This document shows, piece after piece, positions 33,314 to 64,000 of a stretch of 64,000 nt of DNA. The translations under genes were made by a program, and so were the position numbers. The DNA is from the human T2T-CHM13v2.0 reference genome, Homo sapiens. The DNA is taken from the NCBI RefSeq assembly GCF_009914755.1, contig NC_060925.1; one strand, given 5' to 3'. The notes below the pieces were generated by a model. That model was not told the DNA's origin and made no database searches. It worked only from the letters and a program-made list of their open reading frames with translations. Each line of letters opens with the position of its first letter. Position 1 is the stretch's first letter.

Positions 33314-33447
33314 ACAGTCCTGTGTGTGGAGGGTTGACTTTCAGTAGATCACAGCGAGGGAGCTGCTCTGCTCCAGAAGCAGTTCCTCCAAGAATGGTTT
33401 AGCACCAGGGACCACACAAATGAGCATTGCCTTATGGGCAAGTGGGC
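33313..33447 (-). pseudogene. 28S rRNA 3'-terminal fragment (LSU-rRNA retrocopy)
   Basis: gagggttgactttcagtagatcacagcgagggagctgctctgct...ccagaagcag...gaatggtttagcaccagg matches the reverse complement of the 28S 3' end as recalled, with a ~17-nt deletion. Confidence 0.85.
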
Positions 33448-33449
33448 TG

Positions 33450-34080
<631 letters not shown>

Positions 34081-34285
34081 TCTAGAATCTTTAACCCACA
34101 AAGTTCTTTGAAGAGTCATCTGTGTGAAATAAAGCCATTTTCAGATAAACAAACTAACAGTTTTCTACCAACAGAAAATCTAGTGAAGTAAAATCATTAA
34201 GGAAGAGAAGATCTCTCCAGAAGGACAGTGTGCTATGCAAAAGGAAAGCGTGCTATGCAAAAGGAAATAGTTAAATGAATTGTAA

Positions 34286-35900
<1,615 letters not shown>

Positions 35901-36252
35901 ACTTAAACACATTTAATAAAGTATCCCAAACTATAAATGGGAAAAATGAACAGAATTACAGGAAGAAATGAAGAAATCCATCATCATAGTACATTTAATA
36001 CTGTTTCTCCCTCTCAATTATTGATAGCCAACACGTGTCAGTATGTCAGGAATACTTCTCCAAATCCTTACTTAAAGCAATCAATTTTAAGAGCACAAGG
36101 TGCCAATATTTTCTAATGAGTGTTCAAAAATGCTGGTGCAGTATGAAAGACAATGCACAAACCAAAACAGCTGTAGTACACACAGCATATCCGAATTCTG
36201 TGGAAAGCTAGTAAAAGGCATACAGGCGTTTCTTTTTTGAAAGTAACTTCCA

Positions 36253-43098
<6,846 letters not shown>

Positions 43099-43381
43099 AA
43101 AGTAACTTCCAATATTTTTACTATTAGCACTCTCCGAAGAAGTGTTTGTGGTGGCGGTGGTGGTGGTGGGGAGGGTGGCCTGTGTGTGTGGCGAGGAGAG
43201 GGGGCGGGTACAGGGCTGGACCTTGAGATAGATAAGGCAAACAGGAAGGAAATGTGAACATTTCATTAATATTCATTTAAAAAATATTCATTGAACACTT
43301 ACTACGTGTAAGCAGGCACTCTACTAATTAACAGCCATTTCAGATTTTCAGAGTGCAAAGGGCCTCAAGAACAAATGATTT

Positions 43382-44633
<1,252 letters not shown>

Positions 44634-44779
44634 AGAACAAATGATTTCTTAAAAGCAACTCAGATATTTAAATATTATTTAAAACTGTTTCTAGACAAAT
44701 CGGAGTGACTATGGGACAAGCATATGGTCGCAGGACTTTGGACGCAGGCAGTGAGGACACCTATGAGCGATCAGTGGGG

Positions 44780-44933
44780 TCCTACGGCAGCCGTGGAACT
44801 GCTCTGCCTTGCAGGCGAAAGTGTGGTCAGCTATATCGGAGCGCGATGGGGGCCTGAGAGGCGCATCTGCGCAGGCGCCCGGCTCCTAAGTCTACCCAGG
44901 AACTGACCCTGCTCTCTCCTTTCCCTGTTAGAC
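44780..44933 (+). promoter_or_regulatory. RABGGTB: RABGGTB promoter: NRF1-like TGCGCAGGCGC (44868-44878) and pyrimidine-tract (TCT/5'TOP-like) start 44912-44926
   Basis: CpG-containing TATA-less region; CTCTCTCCTTTCCCT just upstream of the ATG. Confidence 0.75.
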
Positions 44934-53311
<8,378 letters not shown>

Positions 53312-53433
53312 ATTCATTGAATTGAAAGTTGCATAGTATAGTTTTGCCATTTTAACATTTCTGTATTTGAAGTGCTTATCGAATCTAAAAGTGACTACTG
53401 TTAATATTTTGTATATTGTGTTAAATTAATTTT

Positions 53434-53724
53434 AATAAATTATATAATTATACATATTGTAAAATAAAGACCGGTATTTTATTTTCTGCTTTTTATTCTG
53501 AAGTCCTGTTATTCTGACTACAGTTCTTTGTGTATACTTCTGTGTCTGTTATGTTCAATAACTGAGCTAACATAAAATAACTCTAGGTTTCTACTTGATT
53601 TTTCCCCCATGTATACCTTTCATCTGTTCTATAGCAAGTTGATGTAAATTGGTTTGTCAACAAGAATGTTAACTGATGAAAGTGGATAGAACCCATACAT
53701 GAATTAAATGATGCACAAAATAAA
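53434..53724 (+). terminator. RABGGTB: RABGGTB polyadenylation signals
   Basis: AATAAA at 53434, 53463 and 53719. Confidence 0.75.
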
Positions 53725-53840
53725 TGGCTGTTGAAATTTGGAAATGATTGATAGGTTTGAATATGGTTATTCTGAATTGGTCACAGACTTAGGTTAAATG
53801 GCAATCTACCATCTTAAAATGGGGTTGTGATTCGGACTGT

Positions 53841-53874
<34 letters not shown>

Positions 53875-54009
53875 CATTTTATATATCAGAATTACCCAAA
53901 GAAGGAGTTGTCTTCAAATAAGGAAACACTAACGGGTAAGTTGATGGTCACCACAGTATTTTTTTGCACCTGTCTTTTTCTTAAAAAGCTAAAATGGGTA
54001 CAATCACTC

Positions 54010-54650
54010 TTTTTTATTTTTTTGTGACAGAATCTCTGTTGCCCAGGCTGGAGCGCAGCAGCACGATCTCAGCTTAACTGCAACCTCCGTCTGCCGGGTT
54101 TAAGCAATTCAGCCGCAGCCTCTCGAGTAGCTGGGACTACAGCCGCACACCACCATGCCCGGCTAATTTTTATGTTACTTTAGTACAGACAGGGTTTCAC
54201 CATGCTGAGGAGCTGGAGACCAGCCTGACCTTGTGATCCACCCACCTCGGCCTCCCAAAGTGCTGGGATTACAGGCGTGAGCCACCACGCCTGGCCTAAA
54301 ATGAGTACAATCACTCTAGGGGTTTACAGTTTTGGTGAAAGTGAGGTATTCTCTATTTTTAAATTTTATTTTTTAGAGACAGGGTCTTCCTTTCTTCCCC
54401 AGGCTGGGGCATAGTAGTGCAATCACAGCTCACTGTAACCTTAAACTCCTGGGCTCAAGCAGTCCTTCCACCTCAGCCTCCTGAGTACCAGGGTCTACAG
54501 GTACCTGCCACCATGCCCACTATGCCCAGCTGATTTCTTAATTTTGGGGACAGGCACTGTCTTCCCCAGGCTGGTCTCCGGAGGTGAAGTAATCCTCTGG
54601 CCTCAGTCTCCCAAAGTACTGGGATTACAGGGAGGAGCCATCGTGCCCGA
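54010..54650 (-). mobile_element. Two antisense Alus between RABGGTB and MSH4
   Basis: 54010-54296 and 54360-54650. Confidence 0.85.
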
Positions 54651-55479
54651 TCTGAAAATAAGGTTTTTTGATGGAAATTGAGATTTTTCTCAAGTATGTT
54701 TGGAATGCCCTGTGCAATAATCATTCCAAGAACAGAGATGTTCTTAAGGACTGTTGTCACTGCATGTGGGTAAACCGCTGTGCATAACTGGTTTATTGAG
54801 ATACTCAACAGTGGCAGGATTTCAGTAGTGGTGTAAATTAATGTCTTCTAATAGCTTCTGTATGGCAGTATCCAGATAATTTCGTCATGTTTAATCCATG
54901 GATCTCTGGTAAGTTGGTACTATTGGCCTTATTTAAGGAATTTTCTAAAGGTCACCACTGCAAAGCTGGAGTTTGAACTTCTAGTGTGCCATTAACTGAT
55001 TTATATGTTAGAAACCACAGTACTAGAAATTGGTAGATGGGGAATTGTTAACTGAGAGATCTTACCCAGTCAGTCTTTCCCTGTTTCCTACTCTACTATG
55101 CACACAGCCATGTGCATACTATCTTTTGATAATATAACTATCTTTCCTATATTTGGTCACAAGATCAACCTTAGGTGGGTTATGCTGTGTGAGCATTACA
55201 CGTTCTCATTGTGTCAAAGGCACTGGGTGTACTGTGTTGGGTGGTTTCTACATTTAAAGATAAGCTAGTGTGCTTGGACGTGTGGGAAATGCATGTAACA
55301 TTTGCAATAAGGGAGATTGGGTGCTGTGAGAATAATGGGGCTAACAAATCGGGTGGTCATTGATGGGCCTTGCAGAGTTCTGGTCAGTCTGATACCTGCA
55401 GGCTGAGGATGTTCCAGTGAGGTTCATGTGGAAAGTGATGGGTTTGGGAATGGCTGGAAGCAGGGTCATAGACCTGAAG

Positions 55480-55970
<491 letters not shown>

Positions 55971-56304
55971 GGTTACCACAGTGAAGTTGTGATTTGGTTG
56001 GGGCGTGAGATCTGAGTGCCCTGGGAATTTGGTGAGTCTGGGTGATTAGAAGCCTTGACTTTTCAAATTGGTTCTATTGCAAGACCTTGACTGTGGATGG
56101 CTCAGTTCTGAGAAAGGCTGAAGTATCCCATATAACGTCCCTCACAGTGTCTGACAAATGACAGTTTGTGCGTGAGTTTGCTGATAGAAGTTGTGAGCTG
56201 ATCTTTGGCTGCTGAATTTAATTCTCCAAATCCTGCTAAGGTGGGATAAAATAGATTAAATTGAACATTTCATCTAATTCAGGAAAATAATATGTTTAGT
56301 ATTA

Positions 56305-57520
<1,216 letters not shown>

Positions 57521-59934
57521 TCAAACTCTTAAGTGTTCTTCCATCCTTGTAGCTTACTTACTGTACCACCAGAGTTATGTGGAAAATGATCTTATCATGT
57601 CCCTTGCCACTTAAATCAGTAGACCTGTATCTGCAGGTAAAAGATCAAACTCTCTAGAAGGATAGCCAAAGCAATTGGGATCGGTTTCTAATCTTTACAG
57701 ATTTATCCCTCATCATTTAATATTTACCCTGCTTTCTAACAAAACTGAGCTACTTGCAATTCCTTTAAAGCAACATGAATGTTCACATTGTCAGTCTAAT
57801 CCCTCTCTTCATCAGATGCTTGGTCACCCACTTATTTATCAGTAATGATAACATTCACTAATTTATATGCACCTACTTTGTTCTGGCTTCTTACTAGGCA
57901 GACGGTATCTTTGATCCTCACAATAATTTTGCAGAGTAGATTTTTTTTTTGTTCCTGTTTTACAGATAGAACCAAGGCCCAAATAGGCGAACAAAGGTTC
58001 AAATTATGTTAGCAGCTGGGGATAATAATCTGTGCTCTCAATGAACTTAAGGTTCAGTAGAGAAGACAGACTTAAAAATCAACAAATACACATTTAAGAA
58101 ATAACTGTATTTGAGGTATTTATAATTTTTGAGGTAGGTATAATTAAAGTATGGGGACAAAAGTGGGAAAAGACATTTCACAGAGTAAGTGCACCTTGAA
58201 CTGGTCTTCAAGAATAAGTAGGAAGAAGAATGCCAGCCAAAGGGAAACAGCTGGAGCGCATTCTTGAGAAAAACACGTGCAAAGGCACAGAAGAATCATG
58301 TAAAACTGCTAATAATTTTGCTTGGCTAGAGCAGGAGAGTGATCTAGGTAGATAAACTTGAATGTAGATATAGTTGTGAGAATTAGATCTGGGAGACAAA
58401 TTTAACCCAGAGACCCCCCATATTCAACACCAGGTCTCTGGTTTTGGTGACTGGATAGATGGTAGTAGTATTTTCTGATTCTGGGAATTTTGTAGGCAAA
58501 GCAAATTTTAGAGGGAAGATGATGAGCTCTGTTATGGACATGCTGAGTGTGAAAAGCCTGTGGGATATCCATATATTTATATTAAGATAATTGAATATAG
58601 GAAACTAGAGCTAAGAAGAGAGAAACTTGAGGGAAATATGGATTTGAAAGTTACCAGTATGTTGGGACCACAGCAGAGAATATGAAGACTATATAGCAAA
58701 ATAGAGGTCAAGGAAGTAGGAGGAGAATTAAGACAAGTGAATGAGTTTCAAGAAAGGGTATATAGTCTAAAAGTAGTCTGAGAACAAGAAACAGCCCTCT
58801 CCATCTCCAGTTTCCGCATCTCCAGTTTCTGGCAACCACTCTCTTCCTTAGCTCCCTAAAGCCTAGAAATGCTAATGGAGCACATTTTATGCTGGTTCTA
58901 CACACGTCTTTATGATAGCACCCCTACACCCTGTCCACACCTTTGTAAATATTCTCTTTATCAAATTATCCCAGTTTGAGTATATCATTGATTCCTGCTG
59001 GAACCCATATAATGAAGTTATATTTTACCCTATGGTGAGTATGGGGAGACACATAGGAATTGTAAGAAAGAGAGATACTGATCAGATTTGCTTTTCAGAA
59101 AGATTATTGGTGATGATTCGAAGAATAGATTAGAGAGGTGTAATACTGGAAGCAAGGAGAAGAAGAAGTAGGAAACTTGCACAAGGACCAAAGAAGATAC
59201 AGGCTTAAAATGGGCTGGGAGGAGTAGAGAGGGATTTAAATTTTAGTGATGTTAAAAAAAAAGAATTCTAGCACTCAGTCACTGAGTGTTAGGGTTGATG
59301 AAGGAAGAATTGAGAATGTCTCCTAAGCTTATGACTTGAGTGACAAGGGACAAGCTGGTACAATTAACCATACTGGTAATAAAGAATTAATTTTGAGGGA
59401 AAGATAGAGTTCACTTTTGGACATTTAGAATGCTGGGAAGATACCTAAAGGTTTATGCCCAAGAGATAGATATAGTGACCTGGAGCTACATTGTCTGATA
59501 GAATATTCTGTGATAATAGAAACGTTTCATACTTATGCTGTCCGATGTGGTAACTAGTAGCCGTATGTGGCTTTTGAGCATTTGAAAATGTTGCTAGTGT
59601 GACTGAGGAACAGAATTTAAATTGTATTTAATTTTGATTTAGTTAAATACTCACATATGCTGCTTTATTGAACAATGCAGGTATAGAGCTGAGAACGGTT
59701 TTTGCACTTTTGAAGGATTAAAGAATCAAGAATATTTTGTGATATTAAAATTATATGAAATTTAGAATTCAATATGTAGAAATAAAGCCATTTTTAATTG
59801 AAACATAGCCATTCTCATTTATTTATGTATTATCTATGACTGCTTTTCTATGATAGTGTCAGAGCTGAGTAATTGTGACAGTGATTATATGGCCCACAAA
59901 AGCCTAAAATATTTGCCATCTGGTCCTTTATTTA

Positions 59935-60840
<906 letters not shown>

Positions 60841-61387
60841 AGGAAAAATTAAAAGTTTAGCAACCCCTGGTTTACAGTTTAAGGAGTCGTTACAGCTATA
60901 TACGAAGGCTTGAGAGTTGTCAGAAAATAGATGTTAATAGAAACAAAGAGGAGAGATGAGATGCCTGGAGATGCATAATGTTGATTTGTGAGGGAAAGCT
61001 TAAAAGTATGAAGCCCTGGAGGCCAACAGTTAAGAAGCAGAGGAAAAAGGAGATGGCAAAGGAAACTAAAAGTGGTTTAAAGAGAATTCAAGATAGAGAG
61101 TTGTGGAAATCAAAGAGAATAGGTGAACAGAGCCCAAACATTTTAAAATTTTTTTAGAACTTCTATGTGCCAAGAGGCTATGCTAGGTTGTTTATGTACA
61201 TTATTTAAAAATTTTATGACAATCCTGTAAAATAGGTAATAGCTTACATCAGTAGATAAGTACCTAAATAAGGAACTGAAGCCAATTGAGTCTAAAATGC
61301 CATTTGCATAGGGGAGAGAAATTCAATGAAGAAATTAACAGAAGAAGGTTAAAAGAGGTCTAATAATTATTATACAAATGAAACATA

Positions 61388-61807
61388 TGTCTTAGTCTGT
61401 ATTCTGTTGCTTTTAAAAGAATACTTGAAACTGGGTGATTATCAAGAAAGAAAACATATTTCTTGGAAGTCTGGAGGCTGGGAAGTCCAAGGTCAAAGGA
61501 GGCACATTTAGTGAGGGTCTTTGTGCTGGTGGAGTCTCTGTAGAGTCCTGTAGTGGTACAGGGCATCACATGGAGAGGGAGCTGAGCATGGTAGCTCAGG
61601 TCTCTCATCCTCTTCTTATAAAACCACCAGTCCTACTCTCGTGATAACCCATTAACCTATTAAATCATGAATGGATTAATTCATTCATGAAGGCAGAGCC
61701 CTCATGCCCCATCACCTCTTAAAGGCCCCACCTCTGTCCTGCCACACTTCACTGGGGATTAAATTTCAATGTAAGTTTCAGAGGGGACAGATATTCATAC
61801 CTTAGCA
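61388..61807 (-). mobile_element. MST-type MaLR LTR
   Basis: tgtcttagtctgtattctgttgc...ggctgggaagtccaagg...cataccttagca. Confidence 0.8.
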
Positions 61808-61998
61808 ACACATCTGGTATATTTGAAGATTAAAGGGTAATTTATGATTTTAGCCAGAGTAGTTGCAGTGAACTTGTAGAGGCAAAAGCTATATTAGCAT
61901 ATTTTTGTATATTTATCAATAATGTCATTAATTTTGTTATAATCTGTTTATTTTCAAAAATCATTTTCACATGAAATTTTATAGAAAGTGAACATAGT

Positions 61999-63785
<1,787 letters not shown>

Positions 63786-64000
63786 CCTGACCTGTTTATT
63801 TTTAAGTAGAAAATAAATACCAAGTTCCAGTGGAAATTCAATAGACATATAAAAGACATCTCTAAGGTTCTAAAAATACATTTATGCTGTTATCTCTCTG
63901 TTGTAAATAACATAATAATGAGCATCCTAATACATAAAGCTTTTTTCTGAGTCTCTTATTATTTCCTTAAAACACACCCTTAGAAGTCAAATTACTGAAA

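Noticed and set aside
53843-53874. T30 run ending in AG as a strong acceptor for a new exon
   Set aside because: Lies past the RABGGTB poly(A) signals; more likely a retro-tail or simple repeat, and there is no transcript evidence.

Overview
Human (primate) genomic DNA, recognisable as the ACADM-RABGGTB-MSH4 locus (chr1p31). All three genes are on the + strand. The window holds ACADM exons 8-12 with its 3' UTR, the complete 9-exon RABGGTB gene (exons sum to 996 nt = 331 aa + stop) hosting three box C/D snoRNAs (SNORD45C/A/B), and MSH4 promoter plus exons 1-2. A full-length antisense DLST processed pseudogene lies in ACADM intron 7. Most of the rest is interspersed repeat: two L1PA elements, dozens of Alus, LTR12, LTR8, MER21, MaLR LTRs and DNA transposons. 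Nearly all ORFs in the track are Alu/L1 artefacts. I see no wholly new biological system. The best leads are: (1) a strong candidate poison exon in RABGGTB intron 4, which together with the 5'TOP start and long snoRNA stems suggests uncoupling of snoRNA output from protein output; (2) a 2-nt register shift that retargets SNORD45C from 18S U172 to C174; (3) a composite L1 with two 3' ends inside one TSD; (4) apparently private shared mutations, including a frameshift, between the two L1s, suggesting local gene conversion; (5) a sense LTR12 that could splice into ACADM exon 11; (6) GC-AG introns in both RABGGTB and MSH4; (7) a 28S rRNA 3'-end retrocopy and a 41-bp micro-retroinsertion. Repeat subfamily names and consensus comparisons are from memory and need RepeatMasker/Dfam confirmation.
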